From Eledone cirrhosa (lineage: Eukaryota): a stretch of DNA of 64,000 nucleotides. Location of the stretch: positions 105,834,001-105,898,000 of the forward strand of contig OZ024741.1 in NCBI GenBank assembly GCA_964016885.1. The letters run 5' to 3'. Below are positions 12,362 through 23,104 of this stretch, piece after piece. The position numbers and the translations under genes are program-made. The notes below the pieces were generated by a model, which saw nothing but the letters and a program-made list of their open reading frames with translations, did not search any database and had not been told where the DNA came from. The first letter of the stretch is position 1. Every line of letters starts with the position of its first letter.

Positions 12362-13765
12362 TCATCATCATCATTTTATGTCAGTTCTTCTACGCTAACA
12401 TGGGTTGTCCTGTTGTGGGCAGTGTCCAGTCCGCTGACCTTGTCTTGCTCATACGGGAACTGATTCTGTCTTGATTTCTACAGCTGGATGCCCTTCCTAA
12501 CACCAACCTCATTTACAGTGAGTACTGGGTGTTTTTTTTTATTTGCCGTGGCACCTCCACCACCACTTTGCAGTGGAATGATAGGGACCTCAGTCCTATC
12601 ATCTCATTTCTACAGCTGAGTAAACTGGAGCAATGTGAAATAAAGTGTCTTGCTCAAGGAAACAACACATCACCCGGTTCGAGAATTAAACTCACAACCT
12701 TTCAATTGCAAGCCCAATGCTCTAACCACTGAGCCATGTGCCTTCTATTGTTGGCAATGTTAGGTCAGGTGACCATGTCTTGCTCATAAAGAACTGATTT
12801 TGGCTTGGTTTCTACAGCTGGATGCCCTTCCTAATGCCAAGCTCATTTACAGTGAGTACTGGGTGTTTTTTGTTGTGATTCCTCCACGACTACTTTACAG
12901 TGAGTACTGGGTGTTTTTTGTTGTGATTCCTCCACGACTACTTCAGTGTGGACTGGGTGTTGTTTACCGTGTCACCATCACGACGACTTTACTGTGTTTC
13001 GGCCTGTTCTCATGAAAGATATATTGGCGGGTGGGATAGAGTGGTGCATACTGTATGTATGTTTCAGCCATGGCCTGGGCCCGTGGGAAGTTGGGGTTTC
13101 TGTATTACCTCATAATCTTGGTCCTGTGTCATTGCCTTTCAGAGGTGCAATTGGGCAAGGTCGGCTTTTATCACTTCATCTCAAGTCTTTCTGGGACTTT
13201 ATGTAGCTGTCATCCTTCATATGAATCACATGTCCATACCAACATAATCTCCTCTCCTGCACACAACATTTGATTCCTCTTATGCCTAGTTTCTCTTTCA
13301 GTTTGTTTATGCTTTGCTGTTCGCATATATTACTATTACACATCCATCGGAGCATACAAGCTTCATTCCTTTCTAATCTACGCATGTCTTCTACACACAG
13401 CGCCCAGCTCTCACTACCATGCAACATTGCCGTTCATATGCACACATCATACAGTCTACCTTTTATTCTGAGGGAAAAGCCTTTTGTATCCAGCTGTGGC
13501 AGTAGCTCCCTCAACTTCTTCCATCCCGTTCTTTCAGAACACCCCCCTCCGCTGCTAATTCGGTATTGTTTTTACCAAGTCCTCCCAGACTTTGATGTCA
13601 CTTGTTTTCAGTGATTGTTTGCTGCTTACTGTCCTGGTGCAACTGCTACATGTAAAGCCTACAATCTTAACTAAACTTCCTGAGATCCCACTACATCTCT
13701 TGTGTACCCATAGTGTGCATATGGGGCAGAGGATGGAGTTTCTACCTACACCTCTCCTACATAAT
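12362..13765 (-). mobile_element. Degraded RTE family B 3' fragment with nested SINE S1 (~12450-12745)
   Basis: [30 protein letters not shown] and [20 protein letters not shown]. The SINE head lies in reverse at ~12650-12745. Confidence 0.82.
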
Positions 13766-13826
13766 GAGCACACACACACACACACATATATACACACACT
13801 CACATATATATATATATATATATATA

Positions 13827-14630
13827 CTAGCCGAATTACCAGCTGCTGCGTTTCACACATTTTTTTTGTAAGAAAATGATGATTGATTTTAAAAACTCAA
13901 TATTACTCAATGTAAAATATAATGCATGAAAAATTGGAAAACATCATTTTTTGTAATATATCAAATCAAAATTGCATTATTAAATCTTATTCTTATTTTG
14001 TTTCTGGTAAATAATTTTTTTCAAAATATCAATTGAAAATTTTTGTGAATAGGCATCATATCTTGTCATTTACCTATGGTTTAAGTTTCATATAAATCGA
14101 AAGGGAAAAGTTTTCAGCGGGGGTTTGTACCCCCGGGGAAGCCTAATAGGGGGTTTAACTACCATTAAGGTGTCTTATAGTATTGAAATTTTGTGAATAG
14201 GCATCATATCTCTTCATTTATCTATGGTTTAAATTGCATATAAATCGAACCGGAAAAATTTTCAGCGGGGATTTTGTGCCCCCTGGTGAACCCTAATAGG
14301 GGGTTTAACCCCCATTAGGGTATTGTAATTTTATTGAAATTTGCTGAAATTTTGTGAATAGGCATCATATCTTGTCATTTACCTATGGTTTAAATTTCAT
14401 ATAAATCAAAGGTAAAGTTTCAGCGGCGGTTTTGTGCCCCCGATGAACCCTTTGATTAAAATGAAATATATTTATACAAGTACCCTGGGCAATGTAGTTT
14501 CAGAATATATATGGTTATGGGGGCCTATCTCCAAAACCATAGGAGTTCGTAAAATCTTGTTCCATTTATTGGCCAAACTTTTCACTATAGGGCGTTTAAT
14601 TAGGGTGTCTTAATATTATTGAAATTTGGT
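13827..14630 (-). mobile_element. Non-autonomous Helitron-like element with internal ~150-bp tandem repeats (14040-14450)
   Basis: The minus-strand 3' end is CTAG at 13827-13830, next to (TA)n. There are three copies of TTTTGTGAATAGGCATCATATC...TTTCAGCGG. The 5' end is uncertain. Confidence 0.55.
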
Positions 14631-14663
14631 CACACACACACACATATATATATATATACACAA

Positions 14664-14704
<41 letters not shown>

Positions 14705-14899
14705 AACACACACACACATATATATATATACACAAACACACACACACACACATACACAAACACACACACATATTTATATCTTTTAGCAGAGCATTTTAAT
14801 ATTGCCACTCAATGAAAACCCTTTGTTTGTTTGGAATAAATGAATCTTGAATATTAGAAGTGCCTGTCAGTGTGTATGAGTTTGTCTACTTAGCATCAA

Positions 14900-15015
14900 T
14901 TTACTACCCTCCCCTACCACCAGAAAATGTATAAATACCACCATATTACATTGACAGTCGGCTTTTCTGATGATTTCCTCCAAATAAAACAGTTCCAGTC
15001 CTGTTGAAGCCATTA
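14900..15015 (+). ncRNA. Degenerate hammerhead-like motif (family H2) in a Penelope-like remnant
   Basis: GGCTTTT-CTGATGA-...-AAAA-CAG..CTG-TT-GAAGCC. The upstream sequence matches 33640-33690. Confidence 0.4.
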
Positions 15016-15044
15016 CTATATTAAATATATATATATACTCTTTT

Positions 15045-15600
15045 AGCTGTTCCAGCCATCCAGCTGAGACCATGATTGGGCACTGCCCTTGTTGCTACAC
15101 ATTCTATCTCCAGCTCATCCGGGATCCTGGATAACAGGGTGTTGAGAAGTTTCTTGAAAATATCCACGGCCACACCATGTAGATCTCTCAAATCCCTCGG
15201 CAGTTTGTTGAAGAGTTGAGGGCTTTTGAACCCCAGTCTATTGCAATATCTGCTTCTTGTTCTAGATGTGGAAGACGGGACCTTTGTCACCACACAGTGA
15301 CGTCCTATTCGGGGGTTGGTCCCGCTCTCAATACCAAAGTTTGGCGCTAGTCCCTCCAGGATTTTCCATATGTATATCACTGCGTATCTCTCCCGTCTTC
15401 ATTCCAAGGAGTAGAGTTTCAGTTCTTTTAGCCTCTCCCAGTAGCTCATCTCCTTCATTGTGCAATCCTCTTGGTGTAGCTTCGTTGGATTGACTCAAGT
15501 TCCGTGGTTAGTTTGATACTATGGGGTGACCACAGCTGGGAGCAATAGTCCAGGTGGCTTAGGACAAATGGCTTTCATAGTATCAACATGGTCTCCCGGT
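15045..15600 (-). mobile_element. CR1/L2-type LINE 3' fragment
   Basis: ORF 15021-15380 (IYIWKILEGL...PQLFNKLPRDLRDL...FKKLL). Confidence 0.72.
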
Positions 15601-15749
15601 CTCTTATATAGAAAACCTCAAATAAAAAGTCAAGATTTGTTTCGATTTAACAGAGCAGAAAGAATTCGCGTCAGAATATTCCAACCAATCCAGCCTATAT
15701 CAGCTGAATAAATATGCATATGGAGATATATATATACATACCCACATGC

Positions 15750-15787
<38 letters not shown>

Positions 15788-16439
15788 GCATGCATGCATA
15801 CATGATGGCTGCCCCCCTCGTTATCGAGTATGGCCATTGCACAATATACCATTATTAATAATTATTAATTAATTCTATCGTGCAATGCCTGTGCATGAAG
15901 ATATCTTGTTAAATGAGGAAAGACCGTGCACTGAGCCAATCCCACTCTCTGAGCGACAGTAAAAGAAGAAAATATCAACATCATCGGTAACTACTGAGCC
16001 GCAGGTTTTATATCGGAGTTATCCCAGTTTCCTGAGTTGCCTTCTCCTAGAAGAATGCTCTGACAAAGCCTAGGGGTCCTTCACTTTCAGTGGTTTAACC
16101 GCGCGATCGGGTGTCCAGCCCGATTATTTCTATGTCCCCGCACATGTACATACACATGCACCCATGTATATACACATATACATATACATACATATGTACA
16201 TATATATTTACACACTTTTGGATGGCCGTTGACTCTTATGAGATCTTCCGCCCTTTGTCAGGTTTTGTTTTTTGTCCTGCAGGGTGTCCAAAATCACCCT
16301 CCTCACCAAGTAAACTTGGTGGGTTTGCCGGTTTAGTCGCCAACGACCCGCCCATGCGACAGGTTGTACTGGGTTACATGTTACCAATAGCACTCAAGAG
16401 TGACCCGACATACATACATACAACATGATGGCTGCAAAC

Positions 16440-18785
16440 TCGTGTTCAAGTATTGCCATCGCCCGATAAAATGTTCAAAAATATGAAGCACAAATGTGAC
16501 TCTTTAAACCAGCCAAATACTTGCACCCTCTGGCACACACATGGCAACTTTAGGCTCCCCCGAAACCTTCCATTGCTTTGTTCTGGCTGTATGTTCACAT
16601 GTATCTTTTAAGACCTCCCATGCTTGTACATTTCTTACACCTTTTCAGATCATAATCTACATGAGGTCTACTGATATGACTTTGTTCATGTCTAATCAAA
16701 CCAGCTTTGCTCAGGCTGACTCGACCACAGTGCTGGCAAACCAGATGATGTTCAACAGCAGGCAGTTCAGAACAGTCTCAATCCTCACCTTCCTTTTCAG
16801 TGTTAGGTGTTCTCTCAGACGAGTTTCAAAGTGTTCACCACCTGACTTAATCAAACGTCTCCACTTCACACGCTTCTCCATAGAGAAGTTGCTTTGGAAT
16901 ACGATCATCAGACATCCGGACCACGTGACTGCACCACCTCAACTGATACCGAAAGATTATGCTCTCTATAGTCACGCACCTGCTCCGTTCTAGAACTTCC
17001 AAATCACTGGCGAACATTTTCCACCACACCCCAAGTAACTTATGAAGAGATTGTTCGTGAAATTTCTCCAGATCCTTGAGGTGCTTTCTGTATGTGACCC
17101 ACGTTTCACAAACATAAAGTAAAGACGAGACGACACAAGTCAGATACACTTTCACTTTGGTTTAGATAGTGATACCTCGTCTGGACCATAAACGTTGATG
17201 CAGCTGTCCAAAAGCATCACTGGTTTTCTTGATTCTTAAGGATATTTCATTATCATGTGTGCATGAAGTGTTCAACCTACTACCAAGGTAAACAAACTTG
17301 TCAGCAACTTTTAGCCTCTTTCCATACACGTACACACTTGGTGCAGTGTACTCGTTTCCAGGTACTGGCTGATACATCACAACAGTCTTTTCCAAGCTTA
17401 TTGTGACGCCCAAAGTGCTGCAAGCTGCAGAAAAAGAGTTCATAATATGCTGCATGTCACTTTGTGAGTGTGCAAAAAGATCGCAGTCGTCTGCATACAA
17501 AAACTCTCAGATTATAGATGTTAATACCTTTGTGCTTGTACCAAAGCACCTGGTGTTGAACAACCTTCCTGAAGAGCGATACCTGATGTAAACCCCATGA
17601 GAACAATATTTGAATGCCATGAGAAACACTATCGTAAAATATAAGGAAAACAGAGTTGGAGCCGGAATGTACCCCTGCTTCACTCCATTTTCAACTGATA
17701 TTGGTTCAGAGATGCTACCACCAATACTGACCAAAGCTTTCATGTCATCATGGAAAAGATGCAGAATCTTCTACCCTACCTTGGATTTTTTTCCCACAAC
17801 GCAGTTCGATTGACAGTGTCAAAGGCCTTTGTCAAGTCAACAAAGACCTGGTAAAGGTCCATACATTGTTCGATACACTTTTCTTGCAGCTGCCGAGCAG
17901 AAATGATCATATTCACTGTTCCTCTTTCGTTTCTGAACCCACACTGTGACTCAGGCAACACATTCAGAGCAACTCTTGGGATCAATCTATCCATCAATAT
18001 TCGACACGACTTTACCAACTACTGAAAGGGATATGACATGATAATTGCCACATTTGTCCTTGCTGTCCTTTCCTTTATGGAGAATCACCATGAGCGCATC
18101 CTTCTTGTGGGACATTCTCATCTTCCCACACCATTTTCATGAGGTCAGTCAGGCGCTGCGTGAAGTTTTCACCACCACACTTCAAAACCACTCCACTCAG
18201 ACCATCCATACCAGGAGATGTACCACAGTTCAGCTTATGCACAACAGAAGTCCCCTCTGCAAGAGAAGATACATTAGCCATCTCATATGCTTAACTGGTT
18301 CAATAGGCATGGAACAAATGAAATCATCATCAACCTGGGATGGCTGGTTTAAGAGCTCATCAAAGTGATCTCTCTATCTGTCAAGTGTCTTTTGGGTCGC
18401 GCAGTAATTGCTTGCCATCTTTCGATCTCAAAGGGGCCACTGGAGAGCTGAAAGGGCCATACACCTCTGTGAGTAGAAAGTGCAGCAGTTTCACATTGTT
18501 GCCGTCAGATGCCACTTGAACTTCATCTGCTTTGTTGCTCCACCAAGTATTTTGCATAGCCCTGAGTTTCACCTGCACTTCCTTCTTTACCTGTCTGTAA
18601 CGCTCATAATTGTCACCAACAGAGCTACCACCTTTAAGAACTGCATCAAGTGCCTTTTGTTTTCTGTCTAGCAGAGCCTTGACCTCCTGGTCATTCTCAT
18701 CAAACCAGTCCTTGTTTTCTTGTGACAAAGCCAAGGACCTCTGCTGAAGCCTCATAGACCGAACTCCTGAAGTCCTTCCAGTTGT
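16440..18785 (-). mobile_element. Degraded RTE-BovB-like LINE
   Basis: LPESQCGFR..RGT, FVDLTKAFDTVNR, GVKQG..APTLFSLY, YADDCDL and PKQLLYGE occur across frameshifted ORFs. Confidence 0.88.
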
Positions 18786-19584
18786 TCTCATACACGCATA
18801 CATACTTACATATATACATGTATACATACATGCATACATCCATCTATACATACACGTATACACACATACATACATACATCCATCTATACATACATGTATA
18901 CACACATACATACATACATCCATCCATACGTGTATACATACATACAATGGTTAAAGTGTTTGACTGACGACCATAAGTTCATGGGTTCATATTTGGGACC
19001 GGGTAGTTATTGAATCAACCTGATATCAATGTTTATTATACAGCACACTTCCTCTTTGGTATAATATGACACAGTAATGTCTAACATAGTACCCATCTAA
19101 TCTGTTATAATATGATTTACCTTTCCTCTGTGAAGGCACATGCCTTTAGGGGTTACGGTACTGGACTAACCATTATAAAGTCATGGGCTCGTTTCTTCGA
19201 TCCTGCAGCATGTTGCGTCCTTCAGTAAAATACTTTAGTTAGTGTAGCATCTTCTACCAGGACTTGCGGCAGACAGATGATATCAGTAATGGAAAAAACC
19301 TTGTTTCATTAGTATGACCTGGAAATCAGTTCCACTCTATTTATCTTCTTTATTAAAGGCAATCAAATTATTTTTTATTTTATTCTTTTTCTTATTTTTC
19401 CATGTTTGTTAAATAAATTCCAAAAAATCGAACTAAATTGAAATTTTGTAATAAAATTTCCATAAAAGTTATTGTTTACAATACAAATGTAATAAAATGT
19501 ATTGAAGTCGACGAAATGTGGACCTTCATTTTTGAAAGATGGATAATGCTATAAGCAGACCTTACAATATTGTACCACAATTTT

Positions 19585-19790
19585 CCTTTGTGGGCAGCCG
19601 AATTTAGGAAAGGATAGTGGATTCTTGAAGATGACCCAATGTCTGGACGTCCTACAACTGCCACTACCGAGGAAAACATTGATCACAGTACTGCAACACC
19701 GATGGAGAAGTGTGTGGAACGCAAGGGAGACTATGTTGAAAAATAAACCTCATTTGGTCACATTCCATGAGAGTATCTTTGTCAACCCTC
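19585..19790 (+). mobile_element. Internally deleted mariner transposase remnant
   Basis: WAAEFRKG*..LEDDPMSGRPTTATTEENID is fused to a C-terminal LQHRW..CVERKGDYVEK*. Confidence 0.75.
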
Positions 19791-19828
19791 GTATCTATGC
19801 GCAATATACGTAAAGATACAGAATTGCG

Positions 19829-20140
19829 GGCACTACAACGCTATTAGCTGTCATATTTGTTGGTGAAAGAAATTTGATTATAAAACTTAAATTTATGAAT
19901 GACTTGTTTTCTAATTTGGCCCTTTTAAGTAACTACACTTACAACGATATGTTTTATAACCATGACTTGTTTTCTATTTGTTTTCTAATTTGGCCCTTTT
20001 AAGTCTTCCCTCTCTCTCTCAAAAAAACTCGTGAAAACTCCACTTACACGTGGTAGTAATACGGAAATAAACGATGTTGACGAGTGACGTCACCTTCGCC
20101 TGTTTTCCACTGGACTGACAGCTCATAGCGTTGTAGTGCC
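19829..20140. mobile_element. MITE with 25-bp terminal inverted repeats
   Basis: GGCACTACAACGCTATTAGCTGTCA (19829-19853) versus TGACAGCTCATAGCGTTGTAGTGCC (20116-20140). A partial second copy lies at ~22398-22504. Confidence 0.72.
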
Positions 20141-20158
20141 AAGATCTTCAGTGTCACT

Positions 20159-20690
20159 CTTTTGATACCCTAAAATAGGATTTAACGAAATAGCCAATAC
20201 GATAAACAAGCCGACTGCAGCAGTCAGCAACAACAATAACAAATTAATAAATAATTGTTTCTACTTTTGGCACAAGGCCAGCAATTACTCAGTGTATTAC
20301 TGGTACTTTATTTTATCGACTAGGTAAGGATGAAAGGCAAATGACAAACTATCAGGTAATCTTGTCCAATGTAGACGTGGCACGCTATAATTCAAGATTG
20401 CCGTGTTCACTTCATAATGGTAAGAAACACTCAAGAGAGCTGGACAATAGGTCTTCAGGGAAGAAACTCCCCACGTGCAAGTTTTTCGGTCCTTAACTTC
20501 GAGGAGTTCCTTACCACTAAGAGGTGTATATATGGCGATCTTAAATTATAGCGTGCCACGTCTATATTGGATAAAACTACCTGATAGTTTGTCGATCGTT
20601 TGTTGATTTATTGTTATTGATGAGTGCTGTGATCAGCTTGTTTATCATATAGGCTATTTCGCTAAATTCTATTTAAGGATGCCAAAGGAA
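20159..20690. mobile_element. Foldback MITE with long imperfect inverted arms; SINE S2 fragment (20250-20342) inserted in the left arm
   Basis: 20159-20245 plus 20344-20402 is the reverse complement of 20534-20688. Confidence 0.72.
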
Positions 20691-20948
20691 TGGTAGTGGA
20701 AATCTTTGGATTTACATTGTTTTACATCAATGATTCCGAATCATTGCAGTACAACCGTTACAGCCTTGTCACTGAGTTTTATCTGATGATCCTGTCAGTA
20801 CACAGGGGAACTTCAGAGTAACAAGGCTCACCATTTAGTCATAATAAATGACTATTTAAACTATTTCTATATTGAGTTTTCATTCTCACGTTCATCTACA
20901 ACACACGGATATATATATATATACAAGTCAATTGATGTAGCTACATAC

Positions 20949-21751
20949 CGTTTGTTGGTGTGTCCGGAACTAACATACATATTAGTGTCTTGCAGGTCAT
21001 CTCGGGAATTTCCATCAAGTAAATCAATAGAATGAGTAGTTTGTCCACACGAAACAAAGTCTGTTCTGCATGACATCCGCGATTCATCAAACACTTTCCT
21101 TTCTTCATCAGAACTATTTTCATTCGTCCTATGAAAATTAACATTGCCATCATTACTGTTATTATTGTGGTTGTTGTTAATATTAGTTGTAGTAGTGGTG
21201 ATGGTAGCATTAGCATTATTATTATTATTATTATTAATACTATTATTACTATTAGTTATCGATCCGTTTGTATCTGATTCATTGAGTATTTCGTGTATTT
21301 TGTTGGCTCGTAGCTCGATTAGTTTCGGATCGATCGTGAGTAGTTCCCTACATTGGAGGCGTACTTTCGGATCGCTGTCCATTTGAAAGTAATCTGGTAT
21401 TACACGGACTAAAATTAGTGTAAAATCATCTAAACTATCTAGGTTTGGGGCTCCAGGTTCTAAATTTCCTCTTTCTATGAATCGTAATAAATCCACCCGT
21501 GAGTTATATTTCATACGTTTCCATAGCTCCTTCAGTTGCCTGTAATCTCGATACTCTGAAGAGCCTTCATTGAATTCTCTAGCAATGTCTTCCCAACACA
21601 TAGCTTTCTGCAGGTTCATTGTAGTATTAGAAACTTTACTTTCTAATATATCCACTCTCTTCGTTACAAGTTCAAGAAGTTTTTCTTTGTCTTTACGTGA
21701 ATAATTTTCGCATCTTTTTTTAAAGCGAGTTGTAACGTCTCCAGAATTCAT
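20949..21751 (-). CDS. Myb/SANT-like DNA-binding domain protein (MSANTD3/4-type), first coding exon
   Basis: KRCENYSRKDKEKLLELV..ILESK...KAMCWEDIAREFN....RDYRQLKELWKRMK is a typical Myb_DNA-bind_5-type fold, followed by a poly-Asn linker. AAAATG start with an upstream in-frame stop. Probable donor GTATGT after 20949; the unspliced ORF ends at 20867. Confidence 0.82.
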
Positions 21752-21924
21752 TTTAATATAAAACTAAATTATGTATCACCTTACAAACAAAGACAAAGAG
21801 TAGTTAAGGAGAAAGTACTTGGATTACAAACATATCTTCTGTTTAACCTCTTTTACCTCTTCCGGTTGTTTCAAGGGAGGTAATTCTTACGTATTTATAT
21901 GTTCTGCTGAAAAATATATTTCTA

Positions 21925-22400
21925 AATAATTCTTTCTATTAGCACAAGGCCAGCAATTTAGAGGAAGAGGAAAGACGATTATATCAACATCAATACTTAA
22001 CTGGTACTGTATTTTATCAATTACATTTCTGTAATAATTGTTTCTACTTTTGGCATGAGGCCAGCAATTACCCCAGTGCATTACAGGTACTTTATTTTAT
22101 CGGCCCCGTAAGGATGAAAGGCAAAGTTAACCTCGGCGGGATTTGAACTCAGACAGTAAAGCGCCATAACTCTATGCTGCAAAGTATAGTGTCCGACGCT
22201 CTACCGATACTGCCAATCCACCATCTTTTCTGTAATAATTGTTTCTACTTTTGGCACAAGGCCGGCATACACAGTACATTACTGGTACTTTATTTTATCG
22301 ACCCCGTAAGGATGAAAGGCAAAGTTAACCTCGACGGGATTTGAACTCAGACCGTAAAGGAACGTAACTATGCTAGAAAGCATGGCGTCCAACCCTCGGT
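21925..22400 (-). mobile_element. Cluster of SINE family S2 copies (tRNA head + Nin/Deu-like core)
   Basis: GTTCAAATCCCGCCGAGGTTAACTTTGCCTTTCATCCTTACGGGG..GATAAAATAAAGTACC on the minus strand. Copies at 21925, 22033 and 22233. Confidence 0.82.
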
Positions 22401-22981
22401 ACTACCATGCGATTCGCTGTCAGAAGTGAAAGCAGGCAAAGGTGACGTCATCCGTCAACCTTCTCAATCGTAAAACATCGTTTAATTTCCGTATTACCAC
22501 GCGTTATTTTTTTTATTTTTTATTTTATTAAAGCATATCGATGTAAGGGAAGTTACTTACATCGATATGCTTAAATAAAAAAAAAAAATAAATAAATAAA
22601 GGCAAAGTTGACCTTGGTGGGATTTGAACTCAGAATGTAAAGAAGCATTTGTTCGATTTTCTAATGACTGCTAATTTACTGGACTTTTTTAATATCTGTC
22701 TCACAAAGGCAATGGTCACACAAAGGCTATGGTCACACAACTTTCTAAAATTTCATTTAGAATTTGTGGGATATAAATGTTTAAAAAAATAAATTTTTAA
22801 TCGATGGGATGAGCAATTGTTCTAAATGTTTTAAAATATCACACAAAATATCACAGGGAAGATATTGCACAAAAAGGCGATATATTTCTTATATTACAAA
22901 AATGCAATGTAAATGTAAATTCACCAACTAATTATCAGTATTTAGTCAAAAAAAATAACAAATTATTTTAATCAAATTCTC

Positions 22982-22987
22982 TTTATT
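22982..22987 (-). promoter_or_regulatory. Polyadenylation signal AATAAA of the XRRA1-like gene
   Basis: Lies 34 nt downstream of the predicted TGA at 23021. Confidence 0.6.
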
Positions 22988-23020
22988 CAGACAAAAACCC
23001 AAAGTAAGTAGGAAATTTCT

Positions 23021-23104
23021 TCAAAATTCTAACCCATTACGTTCATATCGTGATTTTTGTTTCCGGTGTTGGTTAAAAATGTTATTCTCGTAGTATTTCT
23101 CAAT
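23021..23104 (-). CDS. XRRA1: XRRA1-like terminal coding exon ([27 protein letters not shown])
   Basis: Acceptor CTCTCTCCACAG, phase 0, stop followed by AATAAA. Confidence 0.65.
   Translation of the reverse strand: MEKYYENNIFNQHRKQKSRYERNGLEF

Noticed and set aside
15630-15710. Possible downstream exon of the Myb/SANT gene
   Set aside because: In the required phase 2 the frame stops immediately, and there is no homology support.
20047-22504. Harbinger transposon enclosing the Myb/SANT ORF between inverted repeats
   Set aside because: The MITE termini at 20140 and 22398 face the ORF rather than enclosing it, and no transposase or TSD was found.
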